The notes: generated by a model from the letters alone, not told the origin. Counted from the first letter of the stretch, positions 27,569 through 38,256 are shown. The stretch is 64,000 nucleotides of DNA from Candidatus Sericytochromatia bacterium (GCA_036676495.1 JAKFCT010000028.1:138832-202831); one strand, 5' to 3'. A program made the numbers and translations.

Positions 27569-29104
27569 TTGCAACCCGAGTTCAATCAATTCAACCTGTC
27601 CCCCGCCGTGAAGCAGGGGCTCGCCGCCCTGGGCTTCAAGACCCCGACTCCCATCCAAGAGCACGCCATCCCCATCGTCCTGGAAGGCCGTGACGCCATC
27701 CTCCAGGCCAAGACCGGCTCGGGCAAGACCCTGGCCTTCGGCCTGCCGATCCTCTCGATGCTCAAGCCGAAGTCGAAGCCGCAAGTGCTCGTCGTGCTTC
27801 CGACCCGCGAGCTGGCGATCCAGGTCCGGGACGCCCTCGCCTCGGTGAGCGGCAGCAGCCCCCTGCGCATGCTCGCCGTCTACGGCGGAGTGGGACTCGG
27901 TCCCCAGGAGAAGGCGCTCACGGAAGGCGTCGACATCGTCATCGGGACCCCGGGACGCTTGAAGGACCTGATCAACCGCCAGAGCCTCGATCTGAGCCGC
28001 GCGCACCTCCTGGTGCTCGACGAAGCCGACGAGATGCTCGACATGGGGTTCCGCCGCGACATCGATTTCCTGCTGGCGAAGCTGACGTCGCGCAAGCAGA
28101 CGCTGATCCTGTCCGCGACCATGCCCGAGGCCATCAAGGCGATCGCCCACCAGCACCTCAAGGATCCCGCCGTCGTCGGCCTGGTCCAGCAGGACGTCAC
28201 GCCCAGCGAGATCAGCCACCACTTCGTCCGGGTGAAGACCGACCGCCGGCTCGACGCCCTCACCACGCTGATCCGCACGGAGTCGCCCGAGCGCGCCATC
28301 ATCTTCACCCGCATGAAGCATGAGACCAAGCGCCTGGCCCAGAAGCTCGAGCGCCTGATGGGCTTCGAGTTCGGCTTCCTCAACGGCAACATGTCCCAGA
28401 ACGCCCGCAACCGCATGCTGGAACGGTTCCGCAGTGGCGAGCTCAACTACCTGATCGCCACCGACGTCGCCGCCCGCGGCCTCGACATCGAAGGCCTCAC
28501 CCACGTCTTCCACTACGCCGTGCCCAACGTGGTCGAAGCCTACATCCACCGCTCCGGCCGCACCGGCCGCGCCGGCAAGGAAGGCAAGACCATCTGCCTG
28601 GTCACCCCCGATGACGCGGACGCCTTCAAGGCCATCCTGAAGCGCGTCCCCTGCGAGGAAATCCGGATCGAGCTGCCCGAGGCGAGCGAGTCCGACGGCT
28701 TCACCGAGCCGCCCCGGCGCCCCGCCACCCCGCGCAGCCGCCAGGCGACGCCCGCGGCGACCGACGACTGGAAGAAGTTCAAGCTCAGCCTCCCCAAGCT
28801 CCGCGACGCATCGGAGGAGGGCCTGCGCCAGTGGCTGGTCCAGCGGACCGGCATCGCGCCGGCGGCCATCCGGGTGATGACGATCGGGCCCGATCATGCG
28901 ATCGTCGAGGTGGCCGCGCGTAACAGCGAGCGCTTCAAGCAAGCCATTCAACGGCCTCACACCCAAGGGAATCGTCCCCATGGCGCGCGCCAAGGTCATC
29001 GCCCCGACGGTCAGCGAGCCGAAGGGCAACGGCCCGAAGGACCCCGCCATGATCGGGCCAAGGGGCCCGAGACACGGGGCTCGCAGCCCCAAGGGAGGCG
29101 CTAA
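27569..29104 (+). CDS. DEAD-box RNA helicase with DbpA-like C-terminal domain
   Basis: PTPIQ, AKTGSGKT, PTRELA, DEAD, SAT, HRSGRTGRAG; TTG start. Confidence 0.95.
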   Translation: MQPEFNQFNLSPAVKQGLAALGFKTPTPIQEHAIPIVLEGRDAILQAKTGSGKTLAFGLPILSMLKPKSKPQVLVVLPTRELAIQVRDALASVSGSSPLRMLAVYGGVGLGPQEKALTEGVDIVIGTPGRLKDLINRQSLDLSRAHLLVLDEADEMLDMGFRRDIDFLLAKLTSRKQTLILSATMPEAIKAIAHQHLKDPAVVGLVQQDVTPSEISHHFVRVKTDRRLDALTTLIRTESPERAIIFTRMKHETKRLAQKLERLMGFEFGFLNGNMSQNARNRMLERFRSGELNYLIATDVAARGLDIEGLTHVFHYAVPNVVEAYIHRSGRTGRAGKEGKTICLVTPDDADAFKAILKRVPCEEIRIELPEASESDGFTEPPRRPATPRSRQATPAATDDWKKFKLSLPKLRDASEEGLRQWLVQRTGIAPAAIRVMTIGPDHAIVEVAARNSERFKQAIQRPHTQGNRPHGARQGHRPDGQRAEGQRPEGPRHDRAKGPETRGSQPQGRR

Positions 29105-29107
29105 GCC

Positions 29108-30763
29108 ATGAGCGCGACCATCACGTTCGCCGATCTCGACCTCCGTCCCGAACTCAAGGAGGTCCTCGCCAAGATGGGCCTGACGAACCCCACCGAGGTT
29201 CAGCAGCAGGCCCTGCCCCGCGTGCTCACCGGGCGCGACCTCATGGTCCAATCCCGCACCGGCACCGGCAAGACCCTCGCCTTCGTCCTGCCCTCCCTGC
29301 AGCGCCTCAGCCCCGAGCCCAAGGGCGTCCAGATCCTCGTGATCGCGCCGACCCGCGAGCTGGCAAACCAAGTGGGCGCCGTCTTCGCCCGCGTCGGCCG
29401 CCCCCTGGGCATCCGTCTCGCCACGCTGACGGGTGGGGTCGCGTACGGAGAGCAACTGAAGGCGCTGCGCCAGGGCGCCCACGTCATCGTGGGAACCCCT
29501 GGACGCCTCAACGATCACCTCACCCGCGGCACGCTCGACCTCTCCAACTGCCAGACGGTGGTGCTGGACGAGGCCGACGAGATCCTCGACATGGGCTTCC
29601 AGGAAGACCTCGAGAAGCTCCTCGGCGCCTTGCCCGCCGAGCGCCAGACCCTGCTCTTCTCGGCCACCCTCTCGGACGGCATCGAGCGGATCGCCCGCGG
29701 CTACATGCGCAACCCGGACCGGCTCGGCCTGACCACCGGCATGGAAGCCTCGACCACCCTGACCCATGCCCTCTACGAGGTCGCCAAGACCTCCAAGTAC
29801 GAGGCGCTGGTCAACCTGATCCACACCGAGCAGCCCGAGCTCGCCATCCTCTTCTGCCACACCAAGGCGGAGACGGAAGAGCTCTCCAAGCGGCTCGCCG
29901 ATGAGGGCTTCAAGGTCGGCTACCTGAACGGCAACCTGCCGCAGGCCCTGCGCTCCGAGACCCTCGAGGCGTTCCGGAAGCGCCAGATCACCCTCCTGGT
30001 CGCCACCGACGTGGCCGCCCGCGGCATCGACGTCCGCGGCATCACCCACGTCGTCAACTACGACATCCCCCGCGGCGTCGAGACCTACATCCACCGCTCG
30101 GGCCGCGCCGGCCGCGCCGGACAGCCCGGACTCGTCCTCAACCTGATCACGCCCTTCGACCGCAGCAAGATCCGCAACATCGTCGCGGAAGCCAAGATCC
30201 AGGCCGAGACCCGCCCCATCCCCCAGGGCGACGCGGTCATGCAGAAGCTGCGCGAGAAGTTCTTCGAGAACCTGGTCAACCGGATCGACGCCAACGAGTT
30301 CGACGACTTCCGCGAGTTCGCCTCCAGCCTCCTGACGAACCTGGATCCGACCGCGCTGGTCGCCGCCCTCCTCCAGGACGTCCAGACCCATACCGGGTTG
30401 CTGGCCGCGGGCTACGACGTGGAGGTTCCCAAACCCAAGCGCAGCGACCGTCCCGAGCGGTCCGAGCGGCCGCTCCGTGACATGCCCAAGCGCGCGGAGC
30501 GCGAGCGGGGCCCCCGCGAGAAGGAAGCCGGCATGACCCGCCTGCGCATCGGTCTCGGCAAGTCCGACCGCATGCAGCCGGGCTACCTCGTCCGGATCAT
30601 CTGCGACCGGGCCAAGGTCAAGGGCGAAACCATCGGTGCCATCTCGCTCTTCGCCCGTTACTCGCTCATCGACGTGCGGAGTGACGTGGCCGGCAAGGTC
30701 GTCTCGGCCCTCAAGGACTTCTCCGACGATCGCGGCCGCCGCTGGACCGTGACGCCGCTCTAG
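29108..30763 (+). CDS. DEAD-box RNA helicase, DeaD/CshA-like
   Basis: SRTGTGKT, DEAD, SAT, HRSGRAGRAG; DbpA domain RLRIGLGKSD...IGAI. Confidence 0.95.
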   Translation: MSATITFADLDLRPELKEVLAKMGLTNPTEVQQQALPRVLTGRDLMVQSRTGTGKTLAFVLPSLQRLSPEPKGVQILVIAPTRELANQVGAVFARVGRPLGIRLATLTGGVAYGEQLKALRQGAHVIVGTPGRLNDHLTRGTLDLSNCQTVVLDEADEILDMGFQEDLEKLLGALPAERQTLLFSATLSDGIERIARGYMRNPDRLGLTTGMEASTTLTHALYEVAKTSKYEALVNLIHTEQPELAILFCHTKAETEELSKRLADEGFKVGYLNGNLPQALRSETLEAFRKRQITLLVATDVAARGIDVRGITHVVNYDIPRGVETYIHRSGRAGRAGQPGLVLNLITPFDRSKIRNIVAEAKIQAETRPIPQGDAVMQKLREKFFENLVNRIDANEFDDFREFASSLLTNLDPTALVAALLQDVQTHTGLLAAGYDVEVPKPKRSDRPERSERPLRDMPKRAERERGPREKEAGMTRLRIGLGKSDRMQPGYLVRIICDRAKVKGETIGAISLFARYSLIDVRSDVAGKVVSALKDFSDDRGRRWTVTPL

Positions 30764-30777
30764 GCCTTTTCGGTTAG

Positions 30778-30815
30778 CAATGGCCCCCTGTCACCGAGGT
30801 GACAGGGGGCCATTG
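30778..30815. terminator. Bidirectional terminator
   Basis: CAATGGCCCCCTGTCACC-GA-GGTGACAGGGGGCCATTG between convergent genes. Confidence 0.75.
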
Positions 30816-30832
30816 ATCATGAAGTCGGGTTT

Positions 30833-30876
30833 TGCGCCCGCGGCTAAAGATCTAGCGCCCGCGGCTAAAGACCTAG
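30833..30876 (+). repeat. Tandem duplication of a CTAG-bounded mini-unit
   Basis: TGCGCCCGCGGCTAAAGATCTAGCGCCCGCGGCTAAAGACCTAG. Confidence 0.75.
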
Positions 30877-31862
30877 GGAAGCTCTCCGTCCGGCCCGTCC
30901 AGCAGCGCGTCCGGCATGACCCCGCCGTTGAAGTAGACGTTCATCGCGGCGGCCGCGACCTCCGGATAATCGGTGATGAGGCCGTCGACGCCCTTGCGCA
31001 GCGCCTTGAGCATGGTGTTCGAGCGGTTGACCGTGTAGACGTGGGTCTTCAGGCCGGCCTTGTGGATATCCTTCACCTCGTCCGCGCTGACGGTGTTATG
31101 AAGGAGGTTCAGGCCATCCATCTTGAGGTTGACGGCCTGGCGCCGCTTCGAGCCGAAGGAGTTGGTGACGGCGAGGATCGCCATGCTGACCTGCGGCGCC
31201 TTCTGGCGCATCTCCCGCATGAAATCGGTATCGAAGGCCATCACCTGGACGTGGGGTTCGTAGTTCTTGCTCGCGATCAGCGCCGCGATCCGCTCGGCCA
31301 TGTGCTTGCGCGCGCCCTCGGAGCCGACGTTCTTGACCTCGATGTTGAGCATGGCCTTGCCGTGGACGGCGTCGAGGGCCTCCTCGAGCGTCGGGACGCG
31401 CTCTCCGGCGAACTTGGGATCGAACTTGACGCCGGCATCCAGGGCGCGGATCTGCTCGAGCGTCAGGTCCTTGACCAGGCCGCTCCCGCTGGTCGTGCGA
31501 TAGACGGACTGGTCGTGCATGACCACGATCTCGTTGTCCTTGGTCAGCTGGACGTCGATCTCGACCATGTCGGCGCCGGCGTCCACGGCTGCACGAATCG
31601 CGCTGAGCGTGTTCTCGGGGTAGCGGGACGAATAGCCGCGGTGTGCGATGATCCGCGCGGCGAAGCGGGGGGTTTGGACAGGGACCGGCTCCAGGTGGAG
31701 ATGCGGGATCTCGCTCAGCAAGCCGAAGCTTCCGACGGCGTTGGCCGGCGTCCCTCCCGTCGGGATCGGCAGCGAGCAGCCCGCCAGGAGGCTCATGGCC
31801 CCCACGGCGACGAGCGCCTGCCCGATCAGATGGTGGACTCCCTTGCGAACGCGATCTCCCAC
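30873..31862 (-). CDS. Glycerophosphodiester phosphodiesterase, lipoprotein
   Basis: IAHRG, PENT, EIDVQLTKD, HD, GVDGLITD; LLAGC lipobox. Confidence 0.92.
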   Translation of the reverse strand: MGDRVRKGVHHLIGQALVAVGAMSLLAGCSLPIPTGGTPANAVGSFGLLSEIPHLHLEPVPVQTPRFAARIIAHRGYSSRYPENTLSAIRAAVDAGADMVEIDVQLTKDNEIVVMHDQSVYRTTSGSGLVKDLTLEQIRALDAGVKFDPKFAGERVPTLEEALDAVHGKAMLNIEVKNVGSEGARKHMAERIAALIASKNYEPHVQVMAFDTDFMREMRQKAPQVSMAILAVTNSFGSKRRQAVNLKMDGLNLLHNTVSADEVKDIHKAGLKTHVYTVNRSNTMLKALRKGVDGLITDYPEVAAAAMNVYFNGGVMPDALLDGPDGELP

Positions 31863-31997
31863 GTTGCCCCCTCCCCACTAGCTTGCCCCGTCAATGAGGC
31901 GTTAACGATTGTTGCTGGAGTTATCGCCCCGAAGGGCGGGAGGATTCTTAAAGCCGGGATAAGCTTGAGCTAAGACCTCGATCCTCCGTTCGTTTCC

Positions 31998-32594
31998 TCA
32001 GTCTCCCTGGCGCTTGAGGTAGGCCCTCACGTGCTTGATGGTGTCAGGAAGCATGCTCGCCTGGAACTGGTTGAGCAGCCAGGCCGGCAGGAAGGGAATG
32101 CCGGGGTCGGCCTTCGCCACGTAGTAGACGTGGCAGCGATCCGGGCCCTTCGGCACGGCCTTCACGAACCCGCTGTACGAGAGGATGCTGCCGTCGACGC
32201 GGTTGAAGCTGAAGGAGAGGTCGTCGGGCTCGACGCGCGTTTCGTTGACCACCCACTTGTCGCCGATGGGCCAGGGGACCTGGATCGTCGCCCGTACGTG
32301 CAGGACGTTGCCCTCGTTGCGCAGGATGCGGGAATCCTTCACGTAGAAGATCTGGTCGTAGCGCGCGAAGTCCGTGAAGGCGGCGAAGGTGCGCCGCGCC
32401 GACGCGTTGACCTGACCCACGACCCGGAAGTGCTTCACGTCCGACCCGGAGTTCTCGACGTTGACCACGATCTCGCCGCGCTCGACCCGAGCCGCCTCTT
32501 CGGCGCTCAACGCGTCGAAGGTGGGGGCTGCGTGGGCGGGAGAGCCAAACAGCAAGAGACCGGCCAGGCCGGCAATGGCCAAAAGGTTCTTCAA
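31998..32594 (-). CDS. Exported SRPBCC/START-fold protein
   Basis: Signal peptide ending AHA; VPWPIGD.W, DPG...P.WL.N. Confidence 0.7.
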   Translation of the reverse strand: MKNLLAIAGLAGLLLFGSPAHAAPTFDALSAEEAARVERGEIVVNVENSGSDVKHFRVVGQVNASARRTFAAFTDFARYDQIFYVKDSRILRNEGNVLHVRATIQVPWPIGDKWVVNETRVEPDDLSFSFNRVDGSILSYSGFVKAVPKGPDRCHVYYVAKADPGIPFLPAWLLNQFQASMLPDTIKHVRAYLKRQGD

Positions 32595-32781
32595 GAGACG
32601 CTTCCTATCGGAGACCCGCCCGCAAAGGCCGCTGAGCAGGGAAAGGGGGCTTCGCGATTATATCGCAAAGCTACGCCCTGGACTACAAGCAGGCCTATCG
32701 CTTTGTTACGCGCCGCCCCATCGCTTGCATCGCGGGGGAGAACCGTGATAGTTTAGATCCTCAACTATCTTGCGAGGCCCC

Positions 32782-33210
32782 ATGTCCGATCTGATCGCGT
32801 CCCAGCTCCTCCAGCTCTTCCGGATGACCAAGCAGCGCCTCCAGGCGATCGCCGAGCGTCATGCCCTGACCTTCCCCCAGCTCATCGCCCTCTTCCGCCT
32901 CTACCGGCACGGCTCGATGACCATGTCCGACCTGACGGCTCGCCTCGGCGTCACCCGCGGAGCGCTGACCGGCCTGGTCGACCGCCTCGAGGAGGCCGGC
33001 CTCATGGCCCGCCACCCCGACGCGGAGGATCGTCGCGTCATCCACCTCGCCCTCACCGCCCATGCCCGGACGGTCATGGCGGCCTTCGAGGACGACTGGA
33101 ACCACGCGGTCCAGGACTGGCTCTCCCCCCTGGACGACGCCACCCGGCAAGGGTTTACCCAAGGCTTGAACGCCCTCTTGGAACAGGAGCCGTCCCATGA
33201 CCCCCAATAG
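32782..33210 (+). CDS. MarR family regulator
   Basis: LT.PQ, LVDRLE..GL..R..D.EDRR...L.LT. Confidence 0.92.
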   Translation: MSDLIASQLLQLFRMTKQRLQAIAERHALTFPQLIALFRLYRHGSMTMSDLTARLGVTRGALTGLVDRLEEAGLMARHPDAEDRRVIHLALTAHARTVMAAFEDDWNHAVQDWLSPLDDATRQGFTQGLNALLEQEPSHDPQ

Positions 33211-34792
33211 AAACCTCATCATGGGCGGCGTCCTACTCTCGCTCGTGCTCGCCTCCCTCAACCAGACCATGGTCACCACCGCCATGCCCCGCATCATCGC
33301 GTCGCTCGGCGGAATGGATTGGTACTCCTGGGTCTTCTCGGCCTACATGCTCTCCGCGACGGTCTTCGTCCCCGTCTTCGGCAAGCTCTCCGACCAGTTC
33401 GGACGCCGCCCCCTCATCCTCATGGGCATCGGCCTCTTCACCCTGGGAGCGCTCCTTTCCGGGCTGGCCCAGGACATGACCCAGCTGATCCTCTTCCGCG
33501 CCATCCAGGGCCTGGGAGCGAGCGCCATGATGCCGGTCTCGTTCGCCGTGGTCGCCGATATCTACCCGCCTCACGAACGCGGAAAGTCCCAGGGCATCAT
33601 CGGGGCGGCCTTCGGGATCGCGAGCTTCATCGGCCCCCTCGTCGGAGGCTGGATCACCGACCACACCTCCTGGCGCTGGGCCTTCCTCGTCAACGTCCCG
33701 GTGGGCCTGCTCGCCCTGGCCATCTCCCGCGCCACCCTGCCTCGCCCCCAGCCCCGCCAGGAGCGCGTCCACGTCGACTACACCGGAGCGACCCTCCTGG
33801 TCGCCGCCACCTCGGCGATCCTGCTGCTCACCAGCCTCGGGGGATCCCAGTTCCCCTGGGCCTCCCTGCCGAGCTTCCTGCTGGGCGGCGCTGGCCTCGT
33901 TTTCGGCCTCGCGTTCCTCTGGGCCGAGACCCGCGCCAAGGAGCCGATTCTTCCCCTGGAGCTCTTCAAGAACCCGGTCTTCGCCGTCGCCGTCACCACC
34001 TCGCTGCTCACGGGCGTGATCATGTTCGGCAACACCATGTTCATCCCCCTCTTCGTCCAGGGAGTCATCGGCACCAGCGCCACCGCCGCCGGCTTGATCC
34101 TGACCCCCTTGATGCTGAGCAACGTCGCCGGAAGCACCGTGAGCGGCAACCTCGCCTCGCGGACCGGCCGCTACCGCTGGCTGGCCCTGAGCGGCCTCGT
34201 CATCCTGGTCGTCGGAGAGATCCTGCTGACCCGCATGACCGCCGACACCAGCAACGCCCAGGCGGTCCTCAACATGATCGTCGTTGGCTTCGGCCTCGGC
34301 GTCACGATGCCGATCTTCGTCCTGGCCGTCCAGAACGCGGTGCCGCCGCGGCAGATCGGCTCGGTGACCGCGCTGGTCCAGTTCTTCCGCTCGATGGGCG
34401 GCACGCTGGGCGTCGCCGGCCTGGGCGCCGTCCTCTCGCATCACATGGCCCAGGAGATGAAAGCCGTCTTCCCGGGCATGGCCGAAGACGCCATGCCGAG
34501 CCCGCAGGCCCTCATGGCGCCCGAAGCCACGGCGGCCATTCCCGAGGCCGTTCAACAGGCCCTGCAACAGGTGCTCAGCCACGGCCTGCATCAGGTCTTC
34601 CTCTACGGCGTGATCGTCGCGGCGAGCGCCGTGACCGTCGCGCTCTTCCTGAAGGACCTGCCCCTGCGCAAGACTACCCTGCCTCCCGTGCAGAAGGCCG
34701 GCGAGGAGCTGGCGGCCGAAGGCTTCCCCGCCGCCGTCCTGCGCGCGCAGGACGAGCCCGACCTCTTCGACGAGAAGGAGTCGACCCGGTAG
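33197..34792 (+). CDS. DHA2 (EmrB/QacA-type) MFS efflux transporter
   Basis: About 14 TMs; GKLSDQFGRR, GPLVGG, WRWAFLVNVP, EPILPL.LF. Confidence 0.93.
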   Translation: MTPNRNLIMGGVLLSLVLASLNQTMVTTAMPRIIASLGGMDWYSWVFSAYMLSATVFVPVFGKLSDQFGRRPLILMGIGLFTLGALLSGLAQDMTQLILFRAIQGLGASAMMPVSFAVVADIYPPHERGKSQGIIGAAFGIASFIGPLVGGWITDHTSWRWAFLVNVPVGLLALAISRATLPRPQPRQERVHVDYTGATLLVAATSAILLLTSLGGSQFPWASLPSFLLGGAGLVFGLAFLWAETRAKEPILPLELFKNPVFAVAVTTSLLTGVIMFGNTMFIPLFVQGVIGTSATAAGLILTPLMLSNVAGSTVSGNLASRTGRYRWLALSGLVILVVGEILLTRMTADTSNAQAVLNMIVVGFGLGVTMPIFVLAVQNAVPPRQIGSVTALVQFFRSMGGTLGVAGLGAVLSHHMAQEMKAVFPGMAEDAMPSPQALMAPEATAAIPEAVQQALQQVLSHGLHQVFLYGVIVAASAVTVALFLKDLPLRKTTLPPVQKAGEELAAEGFPAAVLRAQDEPDLFDEKESTR

Positions 34793-34812
34793 CGCCGACC
34801 CATTCAAACCCA

Positions 34813-34860
34813 CAAGACGAAAGCGGCCCCCGGATTGCTCCGGGGGCCGCTTTCGTCTTG
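34813..34860. terminator. Bidirectional terminator
   Basis: 22-bp stem CAAGACGAAAGCGGCCCCCGGA/TCCGGGGGCCGCTTTCGTCTTG. Confidence 0.8.
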
Positions 34861-34876
34861 GGATTCGGGGTTCGGT

Positions 34877-36316
34877 TTACTCGGCGGCCTTGACCAGGTC
34901 CTCGATGACCTTCTTGGCGTCGCCGAAGACCATCATGGTCTTGTCCATGTAGAAGAGCTCGTTGTCGAGGCCGGCGTAGCCGGAAGCCATCGAGCGCTTG
35001 TTGACGATGACGGTCTTGGCCTTGTAGGCATCCAGGATGGGCATGCCCGCGATGGGGGACTTGGGATCGGTCTTGGCGGCCGGGTTGACGACGTCGTTCG
35101 CGCCGACGACCAGGACCACGTCGGCCTGACCGAACTCGGAGTTGATGTCCTCCATCTCGAAGACCTGGTCGTAAGGGACTTCCGCCTCGGCCAGGAGGAC
35201 GTTCATGTGGCCGGGCATACGGCCCGCGACCGGGTGGATGGCGTACTTCACGGTGACGCCCTTGTGGGTGAGCTTCTCGACCAGCTCCTTGAGGGCGTGC
35301 TGGGCGCGTGCCACGGCGAGGCCGTAGCCCGGAACGATGATCACGGTCTCGGCGTTGCCCATGATGAAGGCCGCATCGTCGGGGGATCCCGACTTCACGG
35401 GCCGCTGCACCTGAGCGCCGGCGGGTCCCGCGTCGGCTTCGCCGCCGAAGCCGCCCAGGATGACGCTGAAGAACGAGCGATTCATCGCCTTGCACATGAT
35501 GTACGAGAGGATGGCGCCCGAGCTACCGACCAGGGAGCCGGCGATGATCAGCATCGAGTTATTGAGCGAGAAGCCGATGCCCGCGGCCGCCCAGCCCGAG
35601 TAGGAGTTGAGCATCGAGACGACGACGGGCATGTCGGCGCCGCCGATGGGGATGATGAGCAGGACGCCGAGGACGAAGGCGATGCCCAGCATCACCAGGA
35701 ACGGCAGCCATTGCTGGGTGACGGCGAAGGCCACGCCGAAGCCGATCATCAACAGCCCCAGGGCGAGGTTCAGCATGTGCTGGCCCTTGAACGTGACCGG
35801 AGAGCCTTGGAAGAGCCGGAACTTGTACTTGCCCGACAGCTTGCCGAAGGCGATGACCGAGCCCGAGAAGGTGATGGCGCCCACGAAGGCTCCGACGAAG
35901 AGCTCGATGCGGTTGCCGAAGGGCACGGAGCCGTCCGGAGCGGCGATCCCGAAGGCCGCGGGCTCCGCGACCACGGCGACCGCGATGCAAACGGCCGCCA
36001 GACCGATCAGCGAGTGCATGGCGGCGACCAGTTCGGGCATCTTGGTCATCTCGACCCGCTTGGCCAGGTAGGTGCCGATGCCGCCGCCGACGACCAGGCC
36101 GCCGGCGATGAGGCCGAGGCCCATGCCGAGGTGCGAGCCGAGCTCGGAGCCATGGCTGACGATCAGGGCGAGGGTGGTGACGACGGCGATCGCCATGCCG
36201 ATCATGCCGAAGGCGTTGCCCTTGCGGGCGCTACTCGGATGCGACAGGCCCTTCAGCGCTTCGATGAAGCAGACCGAGGCCACCAGGTACAGGAGTGCGA
36301 CGAGATTCATGCTCAT
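34877..36316 (-). CDS. pntB: NAD(P) transhydrogenase beta subunit
   Basis: [45 protein letters not shown]. Confidence 0.97.
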   Translation of the reverse strand: MSMNLVALLYLVASVCFIEALKGLSHPSSARKGNAFGMIGMAIAVVTTLALIVSHGSELGSHLGMGLGLIAGGLVVGGGIGTYLAKRVEMTKMPELVAAMHSLIGLAAVCIAVAVVAEPAAFGIAAPDGSVPFGNRIELFVGAFVGAITFSGSVIAFGKLSGKYKFRLFQGSPVTFKGQHMLNLALGLLMIGFGVAFAVTQQWLPFLVMLGIAFVLGVLLIIPIGGADMPVVVSMLNSYSGWAAAGIGFSLNNSMLIIAGSLVGSSGAILSYIMCKAMNRSFFSVILGGFGGEADAGPAGAQVQRPVKSGSPDDAAFIMGNAETVIIVPGYGLAVARAQHALKELVEKLTHKGVTVKYAIHPVAGRMPGHMNVLLAEAEVPYDQVFEMEDINSEFGQADVVLVVGANDVVNPAAKTDPKSPIAGMPILDAYKAKTVIVNKRSMASGYAGLDNELFYMDKTMMVFGDAKKVIEDLVKAAE

Positions 36317-36639
36317 GACTGGCCTCCCCGGCCTTCAGATTTCGGCAGCTTGGTTTCTTTCTTCTTGAACATCTCGAGCATCCGCTGGGTGACCAGGAAG
36401 CCGCCGAAGACGTTCACGGCCGCCAGGGCGACGGCCAGGGTCCCCATCGACATGCCGACGAGGCCGGTGGTCTGTCCGGCGGCCAAGAGGGCGCCGACGA
36501 TGATGATGGCCGAGATCGCGTTGGTGACCGCCATCAAGGGGGTGTGCAGGGCGGGGGTGACCCGCCAGACCACGTGGTAGCCCACGTAGATCGCCAGCAC
36601 GAAGATGATCAGGTTGATTATGGTGTGGTCGATTTCCAT
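36313..36639 (-). CDS. pntAB: NAD(P) transhydrogenase alpha subunit, membrane part
   Basis: [29 protein letters not shown]. Confidence 0.95.
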   Translation of the reverse strand: MEIDHTIINLIIFVLAIYVGYHVVWRVTPALHTPLMAVTNAISAIIIVGALLAAGQTTGLVGMSMGTLAVALAAVNVFGGFLVTQRMLEMFKKKETKLPKSEGRGGQS

Positions 36640-36659
36640 CGCCTCTAGTCTCCTCGTAG

Positions 36660-37817
36660 CTACTTCGCGACCGGGGCGGCGCTGGGGGTCGCGGGCGCGG
36701 CGTTCTGCCGGAGCACCGCGCCGTCGGCGCAGACCAGCGAGGCCGCGAGGATCTCGTCCGTTCGGTCGAGCGTGAAATTGCCGTCCTTGTCGAAGAGCAG
36801 CTTCAGGAAGTCGAGCACGTTACGGGCGTAGAGGGCCGAGGCGTCCGCGGCCACCATGGCCGGGAGGTTCGCCTCGCCGATGAGATGCACTCCGTACTTG
36901 GTGACGGTCTTGCCGAGTTCGGAAAGCGGGCAGTTCCCGCCTTGCTCGACGGCGAGGTCGACGATCACCGAGCCCGGCTTCATCTCCTTGACGGTCTCCT
37001 CGCGCAGCAGCACCGGCGCCTTGCGGCCCGGAATCAGCGCGGTGGTGATGATGATGTCGGCTTGCTTGGCGCGCTCATGCACCAGCTCGGCCTGACGGCG
37101 CATCCAGTCGGCGGGCATGGGGCGGGCGTAGCCGCCGACGCCCTGGGCGATCTCGCGCTCCTCGTCGGTCAGGTAGGGGACGTCGAGGAACTTCGCGCCG
37201 AGGGATTCGACCTGCTCCTTGACCGCGGGGCGGACGTCGGAGGCCTCGATGACGGCTCCGAGGCGCTTGGCGGTGGCGATCGCCTGCAAGCCCGCGACGC
37301 CGGCGCCCAGGATCAGCACCCGGGCGGCCTTGACCGTGCCCGCCGCCGTCATCAGCATCGGCATGAAGCGCTGGTAGGTGTTAGCCGCGATCATGACGGC
37401 CTTGTAGCCGGCGATGTTGGCCTGCGAGGACAGGACGTCCATCGACTGGGCGCGCGTGATGCGGGGAACCGCCTCCAGCGCGAACGCCGTCAGCTTGCCG
37501 TCGGCCATCGCCGCCAGGTTCTCCGTATCGAACGGGTTGAGCATGCCGATCAAGACGGCCCCAGGCTGCATCATGGCGCGCTCCTCGGAGCGCGGAGCCC
37601 GAACTTTCAAGACCATCTCGCTGCCCAAGGCCTCGGCGGCTGAGCCGATTTCCGCCCCCGCCGCGACGTAGGCCGCGTCGGGGAGGCTGGCGCCGTTGCC
37701 GGCGCCCGCTTGCACGATGACGCGATGCTTCGCGGCGATCAGCTTCTTTACCGTCTCGGGGGTGGCGGCGACGCGGGTTTCCCCGGGCCAGGTCTCGGCG
37801 GGAATGCCGATTCTCAT
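36660..37817 (-). CDS. pntAA: NAD(P) transhydrogenase alpha subunit, dI domain
   Basis: [38 protein letters not shown]. Confidence 0.96.
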   Translation of the reverse strand: MRIGIPAETWPGETRVAATPETVKKLIAAKHRVIVQAGAGNGASLPDAAYVAAGAEIGSAAEALGSEMVLKVRAPRSEERAMMQPGAVLIGMLNPFDTENLAAMADGKLTAFALEAVPRITRAQSMDVLSSQANIAGYKAVMIAANTYQRFMPMLMTAAGTVKAARVLILGAGVAGLQAIATAKRLGAVIEASDVRPAVKEQVESLGAKFLDVPYLTDEEREIAQGVGGYARPMPADWMRRQAELVHERAKQADIIITTALIPGRKAPVLLREETVKEMKPGSVIVDLAVEQGGNCPLSELGKTVTKYGVHLIGEANLPAMVAADASALYARNVLDFLKLLFDKDGNFTLDRTDEILAASLVCADGAVLRQNAAPATPSAAPVAK

Positions 37818-37967
37818 TGATCCCTCCCTATCTACTCGGTGGTGGAGAGCGTCAGTACTTCTTGACTGAGCGGTGGTCCGGCCCGTAACACGCGGGATGC
37901 GCCTTGCGGACGGGGGCAGAAGCGCCCTGGACCAGGTTACTTGCCATTATCAACTAATCCAGCCGGT

Positions 37968-37997
37968 TTTCGGTCAGTAATAAGAACCGATCATCCG
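37968..37997 (-). promoter_or_regulatory. Putative operator shared with the FNR-PFOR promoter
   Basis: TTTCGGTCAGTAATAAGAACCGATCATCCG resembles 42861-42888. Confidence 0.5.
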
Positions 37998-38209
37998 TAT
38001 TAACCATTATATTCGCACGCGGGCCCAAAGTTTCGAAGGCACGCCCCCACGGCGCTTCCCCCTCGCGGCTTTCTACGGAGATCCGCGCGACTTCCCCCTT
38101 TTTACCCCGAATCCCCGCGCAATCCCAGGCCGTGAAGCCCCTTCCTCGACCCAAGCACCCCAAGAGCGGCCCCTTAATGGCCTTTCCACCCTCATCCTTC
38201 CAAATAAAC

Positions 38210-38244
38210 GAGGGCTGGACCGACATACAGCCGGTCCAGCCCTC
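38210..38244 (-). terminator. Terminator after PFOR
   Basis: GAGGGCTGGACCG/CGGTCCAGCCCTC stem with T-rich tail on the minus strand. Confidence 0.65.
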
Positions 38245-38256
38245 TTCAAGTCCGCG

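Noticed and set aside
27479-30391. Long antisense ORFs (also 17400-20255, 44107-46128 and others)
   Set aside because: Shadow ORFs opposite well-supported genes, expected from high-GC codon bias.
37954-38226. 90-aa ORF between PFOR and pnt
   Set aside because: No recognisable motif; overlaps a terminator and promoter region.
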